This document shows positions 10,795-24,575 of a DNA stretch of 64,000 bases, piece by piece. The DNA lies in the NCBI GenBank assembly GCA_004764695.1, contig SMSO01000031.1:6988761-7052760 (forward strand). The letters are read 5' to 3'. A program made the translations under genes and the position numbers. Each line of letters begins with the position of its first letter. The stretch's first letter is position 1. The stretch comes from Schizochytrium sp. TIO01 (taxonomy: Eukaryota; Protista; Bigyra: Labyrinthulomycetes). The notes under the pieces were generated by a model that made no database searches, was not told the origin of the DNA, and was given only the letters and a program-made list of their open reading frames with translations.

Positions 10795-13700
10795 AATTAT
10801 TTATAAAACTATAAATAATTGTTTTAATACAATTTCCAAAACGATTTCTTTTAATAATATTTTATGAAAATCCAAAACCAAAGAAGAAAATCAATCCTTT
10901 TTAGTTTGTAATAATCATAATCATAATAATACTTTCTCCCAAATCGCACTATCGCAAGCTGGCGCCCTAGCGAAGGTCAGTCAACCGAGCAGACAGCCAG
11001 AAAAAAGGCCGCCACAAGAGTCAGATGAACAGGGAGACAGACAGTTGATCCGGCAGGTACGACCCCCTTCTCTCTCCTGCTTTTCTCTTCTTTGATTGAC
11101 TGACTGCTCATAGGTGTATTGATAGATTGATCGATCGATCGATCGACTGTTCTCCTTCCTTTTTATCGCATATTTTTGATATATACATTTTTATTTTTTT
11201 ATTTTTTTGTAAATATACAAAATAAAGGCGAAGGACTAAAAACAGTAAATAAAACTAGAATCACAACGTCAGTCAGTCACCCTTGCATGGTTCTGCATTG
11301 TTGGCTTTCATACGAGTTTACTACAGCCAGTTTTTTGTATTCTCTTTAACCTCCCTTTCGTACGCCGCCCTTTTTACACTTGCTAGTCTTGAAAGTATGA
11401 TGGTAGATGTCAGCTACCGTACCAGTAGCACCCGGTGTGTTTCTTTCGTCCAACTTTTTCCTTTATGGATTTCAACTTTATACTTCACGTTGTGGAGATA
11501 GTATGATCAAAAGATCATATGTCAATGAAATGAAAAAGTTGAAAATGAAAAAGGAAAACTAAATAGATTTCGCTTCTGTCTGCAACTTGAAGAGAGGCAG
11601 ACATTACAGCGAAAGTGAATGCAGTCAAAGCGTTCCACTGCCTGAGAACTCGTTGATTCATGGATTGGTCGACTTGCTCGTTCATTCTGCACCTGTTGTG
11701 CTCGATAGGAATAGTTATCATCTCCTCCCAAATTGCACGGATCTTCATCTCCTCGCTTGCAAGGAATGCCTTCGAAGTTTCCAAATGTAGATGTTTTGAT
11801 TTTCTATGCATGAGGATTAATTGATGCGATGTTTGATGTTTGATGTTTGATTATTCTTTGGCCAATGCTCGTGGAAGGAGGACCATCCAACCGGCTTGGG
11901 TCTTTATGTCTGCAGAGTTCTCCACAGCTCCGTCGGCCAAATGAGTCTTCGCTCGCTTCATGTGGGCTGTCAAAATCAATCAATCAAAACACATATCTGC
12001 ATCACTTCTCATTGCATTGCAGTCCTGCTTTCGCAATTCCTGCTTTGCTTTGCTATGCTTTATACACAGTATGTCCAATTGCTCAACTAATTTGTCACAT
12101 ATATAAACAAATACATGAAATATAAAAAGGAGGACTTTAGAAGATAAAATGTTTAAATAAATAGTAATTTTAATTAAAAGTTCTTTCTCTTTCTGGCAAA
12201 CTAGTATATTTTATCAACTCTACTATAGTATGATAAATAAAAGACTATGTATGATGCGGATGGCGAGTTTCAGGACTATAATTCTAAAATGCGAGTGGGT
12301 ATGTATGTATACCTAGTTGATCTGATTTTACTAAGGTCTAATTTATTGACTAGTTTGTTATTTCAGTAGCCAGCATTATTCTTTTTCAATCCTAAAGAGG
12401 GAAGGGGCATATTGCGAGACAGAGAAATTATGAGGGACGCACTGTGGTTATCTACGGGGGCGCGGAACCCTTATTTTAATATTGCACAATGAGATCTGAA
12501 TTATCTTACCACTACCTCCTCCTCCACTGACTAAATTTATATTTTATTCCCCTCTTAGTATTGATATAAATAAATAAAATCATCGGAGGGGTTAAAGGGT
12601 GTGTACTAGTTCCTACCACTCACCACAAAGTTTTTTTAAGTGCTAGTGAGAAGGAATTTCAAACTATATCATGTGAGGGAGAGTAGAAGATGAACTTTAC
12701 TAAAAGTTGTTGTGGAGGAGAATTAATACGAGTGTCCATGGACAAGTTTCATTAGGAAACGAGAGGAAGTATTCTTCGCTGCGGGGACACGTGCGCGTAA
12801 AGACGTGCACGTTGCCCCCAATTGCCGCGCGCCCTTCTCACCTTATGCATTTGTTTGTTTCTTTGTTGTGCTTGGACATTCAAGCGTGCACCTCATCCAT
12901 TCCTAGTATCTCCTTCGCGTTGATGGACGATTTCTTGAAGAATGACTTTATTAATTCCCTATGGAGGATGAAGAAGGGTGTATTCTACGCTCTAAATTGG
13001 GGCAAGGATTGGTCCTGATTACCGATGCAATGACATTCCTCAAAGGCAAAGCTTGCGCGAGCTTAGTTTTGGCCGAATAATGCCGCAAAGAAGAGTCGTT
13101 TCCACATCACAACTTACATCTTTTGCTCTTCCTGTATATTTATATTTACTTTTTTTTTTTTTAATTAATTAAAAAAGGTTTTTATATATTAATTTTAAAC
13201 AATAATAGAAATTAGGTCTGTAATAGGGTTATAATGTGATCTATCTACGCATCTACCAACAATAACGTGTCCGCTGTGAATATGAAGATGAGTCAAACAA
13301 AGCAAGTGCTATCTATACACATTTTAGCATTGCGCGAGAAGAACTTACGTTTCACCCACTATAGCTCATATGGAAAGCTTGGTAGCTAGCTATTTGCCTG
13401 CGACTTTTAGAAACCTTCAATGTTATGTTAAGGTGGCAAAGATCGGATAAGTCACCCATCCATCCACCTATCGTCATCATCCATCTTGGTATTGTCTACA
13501 GAAAGAAGGAGGTACATACTACCTACGCGCCTATACACTCCAAGTTCCTACCTCTGTAGTGTTATGAGAGAAAGAAAGTCATAACTTGCTATGGCTATAT
13601 AACAAATGAGTAGGAAGGCATTCACAAAAAATTGTGCGAAACGCGCTCCTTTGGTTTGACGATAGTCTTCGCCATACCTGTCGAAAGATTAAATTGGTAT

Positions 13701-16700
13701 TTAAATAGGGAACAACTCCAAGAGCGCTGCGCAGTCACCTTTTCTAAGGCTTGCATTTACTGCATCCAATCCGAGGATGATCATGTTTTTATATATTTAT
13801 TTCTGCGTTACTCCGCTTTTAATTGCTACAAGTTTAATTTTATATTTTATTGTATTGTTTTAATATTTTGCAACTCTCATCTTTCTTTACCGCTTCGTTG
13901 AAGGCAAAAAGAGCTCAGGCATATTCTCATGGCGCTACGAAAGGCGTACATTTGAAAATAACGTACCACCATAGGAGTGGTTGGTATATGGGTTTGGAGG
14001 CTGGCAGTAGCCATGATCTCATTACACTTGCCTTGAAGATGGCTACGTGCAATAATTCAGGTATTTGCAGTTTTTGCCGAGGGGGCGAAGCATTCTTTTT
14101 ACGAAATATAGGTATATTCGATTGATTTATTATAATTAATTAATTTTAAAACTTTAAAATATAAATTAACCTAATTTCTTCTTTAAATAAATGTGTACTA
14201 TGTGTAAAGGAATCTCCCTTATTGAAGAAATGGGTTATAAATATAAAAGGAGGATGATGAAAGAGGAAAGAACGGTAGACCAAAATGCTTGTGCACAAAT
14301 GGTGAAAAAAGCTTTTGAAGAACTTCGAAACTCGCTCTCTTTTATACGCTCGCACCGCCTGCGAGAGCAGATGCAAACGCCGAAGCGCTCCAGCATGCTA
14401 TTTAGCTTGACGTACGGTGCTTTCCCCGGGCGAAGAAGAAGAAAGGAGTTTTGTTTACCATCGAAAGGTTTCGCCTCAACTACATGGTTTCGTATTGTAC
14501 AATCGAATTAAACTTTTCTAGTTTTGCATCACACTACTTATACATATACATATATAATATTTATTATTATTATTTTAATAATGAATATTATATATAGTAT
14601 TTATATAAATGATTAAAAAATATAGAAAATGATCACCATGATTATTCAGACCGACCGATCACTCGTGCGCTTTTCTGAGTCTGGCAGAAAGCCCGGGGCT
14701 GGCGCCATGGGCCACGCAATATGGCGCGAGACACGCACGCATGTCTCTTCCTGAATCACGCCAGCTGCCTTATTATGCAGTGGCGTGGCTTCGAGCTGGC
14801 CTGCCGGCACACTCCAAGTTGGTCACATCATTTGTGTGTACGGGTGTGTGCACAGCACCTCTCTGGATGTAATTACTTCAAGTTGTAGGACTTGACAGGA
14901 GTTAGGTATGTGTTGTGGTCCAAATGGTGGGCTTCATCACGATAAATAATCGTCGAGTGACCTCTTGCACTGCAGTGACAGTATTGCTGAGCTCTTGAAG
15001 TTGTCTTATGCATGACATGAATGCCTAGCTCGCCGGAATACGGATGATGCTTTTAGGCACCATGTTTCCAATAATTGCATCTTAGCATCAAGGTGCTTGG
15101 TGGACACCCGTCAATGCTACGATTAGAGATGGAGAGATGCAGGATAGAACTCCACTTTTGGACGCACTGGCATCATGAATGAGCACTTCGAAAGTGGAAC
15201 TATTCTTCATAATGTTATGTTTCTATTGGTAAGAGTAATAACGCCTCGAATAACGCTGTCATGACACTCGTACCTCATAACCAACAGAGCTCGCTAGCTA
15301 TTTATACGATCTTTGAACACTTTTCAGTCGAGAATGAAATGCGCTCAATTCAACGCCAATTGTAGAAGGACTCATAGCCGCAACTTTTCTTCCTCGCTAC
15401 TCGTAACCTTCATTTCATGATACAGTGATTATTACTTTTACAAACTATCGCATCTGCCTAGCGTTTCATGTCGACCCGGAGTTTCGTACTAGTACTGTGC
15501 TAGATATTTTCCATGCTGCGGCTCAGGAGAGTTTCTCCCGGGTTAAAACGATCTACGTATACTCAATCACTCCTCTTGTGGAGGCTCCACTGTTATGTTC
15601 GAAATTGAAATGAAAAAGAATCAGGTTACCATCGCTAGATTTCTCAAGGCGCCAAATTTCATCTCGAAATACTACCTATCCGTAAAACCCATAGATTTCA
15701 TTCATGAAGCATAATTCAATCTGCATTATCATTGTCAGAACGGACGCTGTAGTGGTCAGCGGAGTTCTTTGTGCGGGCTTTACAGTATAACGAAGCAGTT
15801 GGTAAGCGATGGATGAGAATACAATCTTCACATTCACCCTCCAAGTCGATTATCCTGCGAGGGAAATCATCGAATACGAATTGAAACGCTGTCCACGCGT
15901 CCATTTTTAACAATCATCGAATTACCACCACAAGAGTATTAAAATAGATACCAAGAAACTTGAAGAGAGCCGAAAGAGGTTGGAAACGGGCGGTTACGCT
16001 GCTACCCTTTCTATTTAGTGTTGGTTTCCCACCTTGAAATGATGCAGGTGAGATTTGTTATGGCACCCGAGCAGGAAACGACAAACTAAGAGCTTCCGAA
16101 TCTCACAATAGCCATAGATATTACCAGCCAGTCAAATTCGTGGGAACTTGGCATCAAGCTGTGAAACCTCAATTAAACTATCTGAAGATGCTCCTCACCA
16201 CCTCGATGCCTGCAGAAACCCTAATGAAGCTTGCAAACAAACAAACACCAGGATCGCTCGCCAAGTCTTCTTCACGCATGAACCAGACGCCCGAATATAT
16301 GAATGAATACGAGGTCAATTTGTCTTCTTTTCTTCTTTTCTTCTTTTCTTAATTTTAAATTTAATAATAATAATAATAATTACAAAGAAGAAGAAAGACA
16401 ACAGAAAGACAAAAACAAAAAGTATCTCATTTCAAGTTAGAGTACTCATAACATTATAGTCTGAGCAAACCCAAGAAGTGGTATGTTGACATAGGGTGTA
16501 GTTCACCAATCGCCAAAGGCAGCTTTGAAAAGCTTACGTTCTTTTTGTACGATGGCGGGCCGCTTTAAAATAGTAGCTTTTATTCTTTCTCTTAATCTCT
16601 ATTTCTAATTAAAAAACACGCCATTTTAGTTGTATTATATGATATAAACCATGACATGTATAATATTGTTGCGCGTTTTTTTAGGCATTGCCTGTAAATG

Positions 16701-18759
16701 AAAAAATCAGTTCCAGTCAGAGCTGATTGTATAGTGGCTGTATGTTTTCCTTTCTTTTCAATCACCAGTTACCATTCATCGGCCCTCTCCCATCGAACTT
16801 TTCTCCATGAATCCATCCAGTCCATTTCAATGTCTCCATCTACTAATCATCTCACCTGTCCTTGAAACGGTGGGACAATAGTACAGTGTCTAGTAATTTT
16901 ACGGTTACGTAAAACTCCCAAGGGATTAGCTAGAAAAGAATCCTTTTAAAAGGGAAATAAAACTATATGAAATAATTTTCTCTTTATTTTCAATATGAGA
17001 TGCTATCATATCTAGATAGTACCTTTAAAACAATAAACTTTAGTTGTTAGGAATAGCAGTAGGTATCTCTATTTTAAACATATTTTAAAGATTTGAAAAT
17101 ATTTTTCTATTTTTTAAATAGGTTAAAAAATGAAAAATGAAAAAAGGAAAAAGGAAAAAAGCAGAAAGAGAAAAAGTAGATTAGGGTCGCGAAAGCCTTA
17201 AGAGGCAGATAGGGCAAAACATAGTACGCCTGGCTTGCGGTGGGACCATGTGGAAAGAAATTGCAATCGTGTTTTCGGCGGCAACGATCGTTTCATGCCC
17301 CGCGACGGTAGCGCGGCCTCAGCTCGGCGCAAAATTAGGCGCGAGAAGGTGGATTCGAAATGCTTAGCAAAGAATTCAACTTGCGATTTTACTGAAAATA
17401 TCAGAATGTGAGCAGTTCGACTTAATGCTGAAATGAGGTTCTACAATGAGCAGAAGTCGAGGCAGTCGGACAATGTGATGCGAAGTTGTCGAGATTGCTG
17501 CCAAAAGCTCACTGGTGGCACCATGGTCCGATACTCTGGAGAAATCGGAGTCCGGTACTCTTTGAGGGCTGCCCACCTGTGCCACTTTGGGACTTTCAAG
17601 CGACAGGAAGTTCTAAGGAGAGGACAAGGTTCGTCCTAAGTATGACTTTCAAGCGTGATGGTACAAAGGTTGCTCGGACTGAAGCTCATTTTGCACATGA
17701 AGAAGCCATGGTGAGCTACAGCAAACATCTTCTTGCTTTAAAAACAGTCATTCGCTGCTGAAGGTTTTCATTGCTGGAGAGCACTCTTTTTGTGTAAAGA
17801 AAGCTCTGGTCTGGTTCTCGTTTCAAGGATCTTGAAGAAATTCTCGCGTAGTTGCTCACGATCCAATTTGATAATGCGAGAGACATGCAAGAAAGCCTAG
17901 ACCTCTTGTGGATGCCTGCTCACACTCAAGCAAGCTTTATTTCCATTTTGTGAAAAATAGCTCAATGAATTGCATCAAGTTTTTTCATTTGCTTTTGAAT
18001 TCCATGTCACTAGTTTAGCTTCACCCAAGGCGGTCGGCCTTGTCAAGCTTCTTTGTAACTTAACCTACTCAATATGTTCCATCCTTAACACTTGGAGGTT
18101 CGAGGACAACACAGTAAGAGATCATCGTGCACTGTGATTACAGCCATGGAGGTGGCATCAGCTCTCACAGTGAAAACTATAATTACAACAATAGTCCAGT
18201 GAATTCATAGATGTTTATGGTGCTTGAGCTCTGGCCCCGGCAAAGTCTTCGCCCAAGAAAGTAGGCACCAACCAAATCAGCTCAAAGCTCAAGCTTTATC
18301 CCCAGTGCCTTCATCGAACCTTCTCAAGATTTGCTCAGAATGTCTCAAATCCGCTCTCATCAGCGCCACCATCAGCATAAAAGAAAGCTTGATCGACAGC
18401 TATTTCCACACACAACCAAAAACCATCCCAAGCCTTGCAGGCCGAAAACAGTACCGCCAGGGATGCTTCACTCCTTGTCATCTCTTATACGCATCCGCCC
18501 CAAGTCCCGTTCCCATGTCCCGAACCACGCCACCATCACCTCTTCTTAGCTGCCGGAACAGCTTCAGAACCTCGAGAACGTCCATAGTTTAAGAACGTTC
18601 TCGCGGCTGCCTGCCAGAACGCACATTTACCCATTTCATGTACAGGTAGGCGGCCTTTTACTCAACCGTGGGCGTTCCGTTCTCTGAGGCGCAAGGGGTG
18701 TTCCACAAGCGTCGCGATCCACAGCACATGATTCCCACTGTGACGTCACTGTGTGCAGA

Positions 18760-18930
18760 TCAGAGAGCGAAGCCCTCTGTGGAAGGAAGCGGAGGCCTCG
18801 CTTATCTGCCGAAGAAGGCCTTCGCTGCGGCCGGAAGCCGCCGAAGATCGACGCTCCAAAGGCCTCCTCAGGGGCGCCTCTGAGAAGGCCTGGAGCGGTA
18901 TTCCTGAGACTCGCCGCGAAGATCGAGGTC
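18760..18930. other. GC-rich cluster of hairpins/palindromes
   Basis: CAGAG-A-GCGAAGC-C-CTCTG, GAGGCCTC, GAAGGCCTTC, GCGGC-CGGAA-GCCGC, and a 46-nt imperfect inverted repeat at 18852-18897. Confidence 0.6.
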
Positions 18931-19170
18931 CACTGCCACTGCGCGTTGAGATTCTTCTAGGCCTGCGGCTGAAATGGCCGATCGGTGCATCTTTCGTGCG
19001 GGGTAAAAGGTACCACAAAGACCCCCCTAGCGCCGCATGGACACCGCACATACAGGGGAGACAGAGGGGCAGAGTGGGAGTATAGGAGAAACGGGCAAAC
19101 TTCAAATCCCACAGTGGAGTGGTTGAAAGATAAGTGCACTCCTTTCTCACCTGTTCTTGTGATAGAGAGG

Positions 19171-19306
19171 TGACTGACTGACTGAATGAATGAATGAATG
19201 AATGAATGAATGAATAAATGAATGAATGAATGAATGAATGAATGAATGAATGAATGAATGAATGAATGAATGAATAAATGAAAGAATGAATGAATGAATG
19301 AATGAA
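19171..19306. repeat. (TGAC)3(TGAA)n microsatellite
   Basis: Seen directly; a few TAAA interruptions. Confidence 0.98.
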
Positions 19307-21216
19307 CGAGGAATTGATTGCTTTTGATTGCCGTTGATTGCTTGTGGAAAAATATACCTAAGAAGAGAAAGAGGATGACGGATATCATTGATGCTCAGAG
19401 GAGAACGCACGCCTGGGCAAGAACATCTTCTTTATTCTTGCCCGTGCTTCGTTGTGTGTTGAGTCGCTCGGTCTGTGGCTGATTGCGCTATATTCTGCAT
19501 TGGGTTCTGTACTAGATTCCGCAATTGCCGCGGGGAATTAGTTGGTCTTCACAGCTTGGTGGTATGATCTTGGTTGGGAAATTATGGAGTGACCTCGCGT
19601 TAATTTCGCATTGCGTCTGGAGCTGCTACCAGCGCAGCCACTGTGTAGTAGAGAAGAGAGCGTGTTTTGATGTCACAAGTGAGCCTCTCAAGTTCTGCAG
19701 AGAACTTCGCAGTCAACCTTGAGCTCAGTGTCGAGCTTGAAGGTCAATCAATGTCAAGCTTGAACTCGCTTGCACTGGGCTTGAAGTTACGTGCTTCACA
19801 GATTGCATGCAGGGAAACTCTGACGACATTTGGTCAAGGCGAGGAGCCCTCCAGTTCCGGTTGAACTTGAGAGGCTTGAGAGAGATGTGCTGCGAAGATC
19901 AGAGCCAGGCTTACGAGGTCAGCAGATCAGATCGTGCGAGGACTTCAAGAGCGAGCCGATGTGTCAGCCGGTGCACGCGAGGCGAACTGGCATTCGACCA
20001 CTCCACCTGAGCTTAGGTCAACACAAACCCCTCGCATGGACGAATACCCCGCACAAATCTCCAAGACTGTGGCACAGGCATCGGTATACATACCTACTTC
20101 AACCTGGACTTCCTCAACGTGTTCAACTTCTTCAACTTCTTCTTCTGCTGTAAACACATAAATAAGTTTTTAAAGATTTAAAAAAACAGTTAATAGGAGG
20201 TAGTAGTTAGTAGCAGAGCCTACTTGAAGCTGTTTTGACTTAATTTTGTATTTTAAAATAAATAAATGCGGAAAGAAATTGACTAGTGCTTCAGTAGAAA
20301 CTACTAGTACATGTATGTACTTTTCATTACTAAAAGGATGCACTCTCTTCTGTTGATATTCCTCTAGCTGGAGAAATATCAACTAAACTTCTCTTTCTCT
20401 GCTGGCCACCGAGTCATTTACGCGGAGGGTGACTTGGCCTTGTCTGCCTGGGCTGTTCACGCTCGAGCTTTTTTGAACTGCCGCTGTACCGGGTGGCCGG
20501 ATAAGGAGTGCAAGTTTGCGATGGTTTCTTCAGCTTGTCTCTAAGCAACATCATGCATGTCACATTCACCTTTTTCTATGCTTTTTTAATTAAAATTAAA
20601 AAAATAAACCTAAAAACTCTAGAAAGGGCTACCGCGACTCCTACCTATGCACCTAATAACAGCTATTGCTGTATTTTCTATGATTAAATAGAAAGTTGAT
20701 CATGATAAGGGGGGTCACTTTATTACTCACTTGCTAACTAGGACCAGCTAGGATAAACTTAGGAGTGGCCTAGTCTCGTTGCAATCTCTAATCTCAATGT
20801 AGAACTCAAATCACGATCTCCGACTCGCCGTCGCTGCCGCCCGCTCGCCTGAGGACACGAGCACCGGCACGGTTGGAGCCGCGCACCGAAACAGACCCCG
20901 CGTCAGCGCCACAGGCGGCGACACCCACCTGCGCTGCGTGAGGGAACACGTGCGTGCGAGAGTCCATCTGGCGGGAAAAAGCGACTCCAGGCCAGAGCCC
21001 ATTTTCTTTGTCTCTTTCTTTCTGTCTTCCTTTGCCCTGTTTTTTATTTCGTCGTCTTCTTCTTCGCCTGGATCGGCCTTGGCGGCCAAAGCGGAGCTCG
21101 CTGCGTGAGTACTTGCAGTAAGTGTGGCCCTCTGCTTGCTTTGAAGGAGAAGCAGGGTCGCTTCGAACGAGCAAGCGAGCAAGCGAGCAAAGGAGGTGGT
21201 GGCTCCAGTGTATCAA

Positions 21217-21218
21217 TT

Positions 21219-21264
<46 letters not shown>
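21217..21264. repeat. (TTTC)n microsatellite upstream of the Myb gene
   Basis: Seen directly. Confidence 0.97.
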
Positions 21265-21266
<2 letters not shown>

Positions 21267-21545
21267 TTCTGTTCTTATATTATTTTCTGCCCCTGTGAGA
21301 TCCTGGCGAGCTTCTTCACTCTTCTGCGCGCACGTGTGCTAAACGCCCGGCGCAGACGGACCCTAGAAGCTTGCGATTATTCATTGCTGATCGACTGGTC
21401 TTGAAAGGTAGCACGTCCAGTTAGTGATTGTAAAAATTAAAACAAGCTGAAGGGGAAAGCTAGAGGTCACCGTCTGCACAGCAAGACAGAAGCACCTGAT
21501 AAAACTGCACGTTGTTGAGGTACTTCATATATCTTTTATAAAACC

Positions 21546-24500
21546 ATGGGCAACGAAGCATCGCAAGCAGGCAAGAACGGCGGCACGCTCTGCGTAGGGT
21601 GCCGTAAACCCATCAGCGCCAAAAGTACTCGTTACCGCAAATGTGCTTACTTGGAATGCAGCCATGTTTATTGTGGCGACTGCAAGGGAGACTGTATGTT
21701 CAAGCACGGAAAGTCACAGTACTACTGCGGTGATCACCATTTTGCAATTACAGGGGAAGGAAGTGGAAAGAACTTGGGGGGATCGTCCATGTCGTCTTCG
21801 ACTCCTAAAGGTATTGTTGATACACCACAATCTGCTGCATCTGATCAACCAATGCAAATGCCAAAACAACCTGTTTCCGCACGTGCAGCACCTACCAAAC
21901 GTGGCAAACCCCCCACCCCTGCTATGACGCCCGGAACGCAAGAGCTTTACCGAAACCTCGAGGCCACCAAAAGAACAGATCGCAACCAGACACCCTCCGG
22001 CATGATCGCGGCTGATTCACTTGACGCCGATGCCATGGAGGCCTTCAGTGACATTTATGAGAATGGGTTCGGCAATTCAGAAAACGGCACTGCCTTAGAA
22101 AACGATTCAGATATGCAACATCAACAACAGAACGGAATGCAGGACGCACCTCCGTCCCGGTCGGACTCTCAGTCTTCCTCAGCAAGCAACTCCCAGTCGT
22201 CACATGACTTTTACTCGCAGCAACAAGCACCGCACAATCCAGTTCAATATTCACAACACCCACAACAGCACTATGGTAACGGTATGTCACACCACATGCA
22301 GTACGCACCTTCTGGAAATGGTATGCACCCGCAATTTATGGCTATGCCACCATCTGGACCTCCGGCCTCGTTGAATTCGAATCTTGCTGTGCCTGGTATT
22401 CCACGTCGCACTTCACTCACGTCGCAGAAGGCTGCTCAGCTTCTTACCGCTGAAGGCCAGACAACGTCGCCCAACACTGCCATGCGTGCTGCCGAAGCTG
22501 CCCGTGAAGCGGCTATGGCAATGTCAAGATCATTTGGGGGTTACTCCCAAGGCACGAGTGGCACGACTAGCATCAACAGTGTAGATCTTCTGAACAAGAT
22601 GCTTGAAACCAAGAGTGACAAGGGTCTAATGTTGCACGGTGATCTCGACACATCAAACGACGGTCGTACAATCCGTCCGAAGTACTGGACTGCCGAAGAA
22701 GACGAAAAGCTACGCAAAGCTGTGGAGCAGTACGGCCCGCGTCACTGGAAAGATATTGCTACCTTTGTTCCTGGTCGTACCCACGTCCAGTGCCTTCAGC
22801 GGTGGAATAAAGTCCTCAAACCTGGTTTGCGCAAGGGTGCATGGACCGAGGAGGAGGATCTGACTTTAACCCAGCTTGTGGAGTCTTCAGATTCCCAACC
22901 TAACTGGTCAGAAATTGCAGACAGTATTCCTGGGCGGAGTGCAAAGCAATGTCGTGAGCGCTGGTCATTCAATCTGGATCCATCGATTAATAAGGGTGAA
23001 TGGAGTGCTGAGGAAGATAGAATTCTCCTTGACTCTCAAGTCAAACTTGGCAACAAGTGGTCACAGATTGCCATGCTTCTGCCAGGACGCACAGAGAACG
23101 CCATCAAGACACGACACAAGTCCATCATTCGTGCTAAGCGACGTGAGTGGCGTCCTAGCGAAGATGCCCTGCTTCTCTCATACCAGCGTGACTACGGTAA
23201 CCGCTGGGATGAGATCGCCGCACGCCTCTCTAACCGCACCAAGAATGCTGTTAAAATGCGTTTTAAGTTTCTCACCGAGGACAACGTATCCGATACCACC
23301 AAGCAGAGTGACGCTAAAGAATCTACAAAGTCCCCTTCTAAGTCCCCTGTATCTGCCTCGAAATCAACAGAACCTGGAAGTGCTAATAAGAACCCTGGTC
23401 TTTCGGGTGCTGGTGAATTGGGCACATCTAATACGGCTGCTGCAGCTGCCAATGCAAAAGCTGCAGCTGCGAATTCAACTTCTGATACCGCCACATCAAA
23501 TGCAGCTGGCATGAGAGCTGCCACTGCTTCAGGATCAAGTCCATCTGAGGGCGACGCTACGGACCCCATTTCTGTCAAGGCGGAAGGTGCAAGTCAATCG
23601 AGCAGCTCCTCCACATCGTCTTCCTCCAAGGGACTTGTAGAGAGCGACGCTGGTGCTGTGACAGGCGAGGGTGAAGATAAGGATGCCATGTCAGTTTCGA
23701 CCCGTTCTCTTTCGACGTCTGCAGAAGATGTTCTGAAACGGAGAAGTATCTTGCAACGTACTGGGGCTTGCCAATCAAGTAAGGCCGCAGCAAGCTCGAA
23801 GGAGGCACGCGCACGCGCACGCAAGGCTGCTGCAGCTGCCGTAGCAGCCGCAGAAGCTGCCGCGCGCCAAGTGTCCGAGCAACAAGCAGCGCAGATGCAG
23901 CAGTATCATGCACAAGCTATGCATCCCTATATGAACCACCCAAATATGCATCCTATGGCTGCGCAGCACATGATGCATCCTCAGGGTCATCCTGCGATGC
24001 AGGGACATATGTACCCGTACGGGGTGCCCCCCGGATATCATCCTGCTGCGTACGCTCAAGGCATGCCTATGAACCAGGCGGGTCCGTACATGTACCCTCC
24101 TCAAATGCATCCGGGTGTCCACACAGGATATGGTGGACCCCAGCAAGGCGTTCCAGCCCCCAACTTCAAACCCATGCATGACGGCTACCAAGGAGGGCCA
24201 TCATCTTCTAATGCTGCATCCTCTTCTTCAGGTTCAAACCCGAATTCTGGCCATCAGTCTTCAGTGGGTGTTGTGAGTATGGGCACCCTGGGATCGACAA
24301 CAAATAGCACGTCTCAGCGAGAGATGCGAGGCGCCAATAACAAGGTTTCCAAAGTTATGCTTTCGGAGATGCTTGAAGATTTAGCAAACATGGACTTTGA
24401 CCCGCTCGATAACAACTCCCGTGATTTTGATAGCAGCGCTGCCCCTACTGAACGTAGTAATGAGATGGGCTACAATGATCCTCAAGACAGTGGATTTTAC

Positions 24501-24575
24501 TCAAGCCAAAATGATACATCTATTGGAAACGCTTACAACTCCGCGTTTGATGGTCTCAATCTCGATGACCTTTAA
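21546..24575 (+). CDS. Myb transcription factor with four Myb repeats, an N-terminal FYVE-like Zn finger and a myristoylation motif
   Basis: 1009-aa ORF. Repeats begin YWTAEEDEKL, AWTEEEDLTL, EWSAEEDRIL, EWRPSEDALL (~22684-23275). N-terminus MGNEAS followed by CxxC..CxxxxC..CxxC..CxxHH. Q/H/P/M-rich low-complexity regions. Confidence 0.93.
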   Translation: MGNEASQAGKNGGTLCVGCRKPISAKSTRYRKCAYLECSHVYCGDCKGDCMFKHGKSQYYCGDHHFAITGEGSGKNLGGSSMSSSTPKGIVDTPQSAASDQPMQMPKQPVSARAAPTKRGKPPTPAMTPGTQELYRNLEATKRTDRNQTPSGMIAADSLDADAMEAFSDIYENGFGNSENGTALENDSDMQHQQQNGMQDAPPSRSDSQSSSASNSQSSHDFYSQQQAPHNPVQYSQHPQQHYGNGMSHHMQYAPSGNGMHPQFMAMPPSGPPASLNSNLAVPGIPRRTSLTSQKAAQLLTAEGQTTSPNTAMRAAEAAREAAMAMSRSFGGYSQGTSGTTSINSVDLLNKMLETKSDKGLMLHGDLDTSNDGRTIRPKYWTAEEDEKLRKAVEQYGPRHWKDIATFVPGRTHVQCLQRWNKVLKPGLRKGAWTEEEDLTLTQLVESSDSQPNWSEIADSIPGRSAKQCRERWSFNLDPSINKGEWSAEEDRILLDSQVKLGNKWSQIAMLLPGRTENAIKTRHKSIIRAKRREWRPSEDALLLSYQRDYGNRWDEIAARLSNRTKNAVKMRFKFLTEDNVSDTTKQSDAKESTKSPSKSPVSASKSTEPGSANKNPGLSGAGELGTSNTAAAAANAKAAAANSTSDTATSNAAGMRAATASGSSPSEGDATDPISVKAEGASQSSSSSTSSSSKGLVESDAGAVTGEGEDKDAMSVSTRSLSTSAEDVLKRRSILQRTGACQSSKAAASSKEARARARKAAAAAVAAAEAAARQVSEQQAAQMQQYHAQAMHPYMNHPNMHPMAAQHMMHPQGHPAMQGHMYPYGVPPGYHPAAYAQGMPMNQAGPYMYPPQMHPGVHTGYGGPQQGVPAPNFKPMHDGYQGGPSSSNAASSSSGSNPNSGHQSSVGVVSMGTLGSTTNSTSQREMRGANNKVSKVMLSEMLEDLANMDFDPLDNNSRDFDSSAAPTERSNEMGYNDPQDSGFYSSQNDTSIGNAYNSAFDGLNLDDL

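Noticed and set aside
17300-18600. Coding-like composition, possible minus-strand pseudogene
   Set aside because: Many stops in all frames and no recognisable motif.
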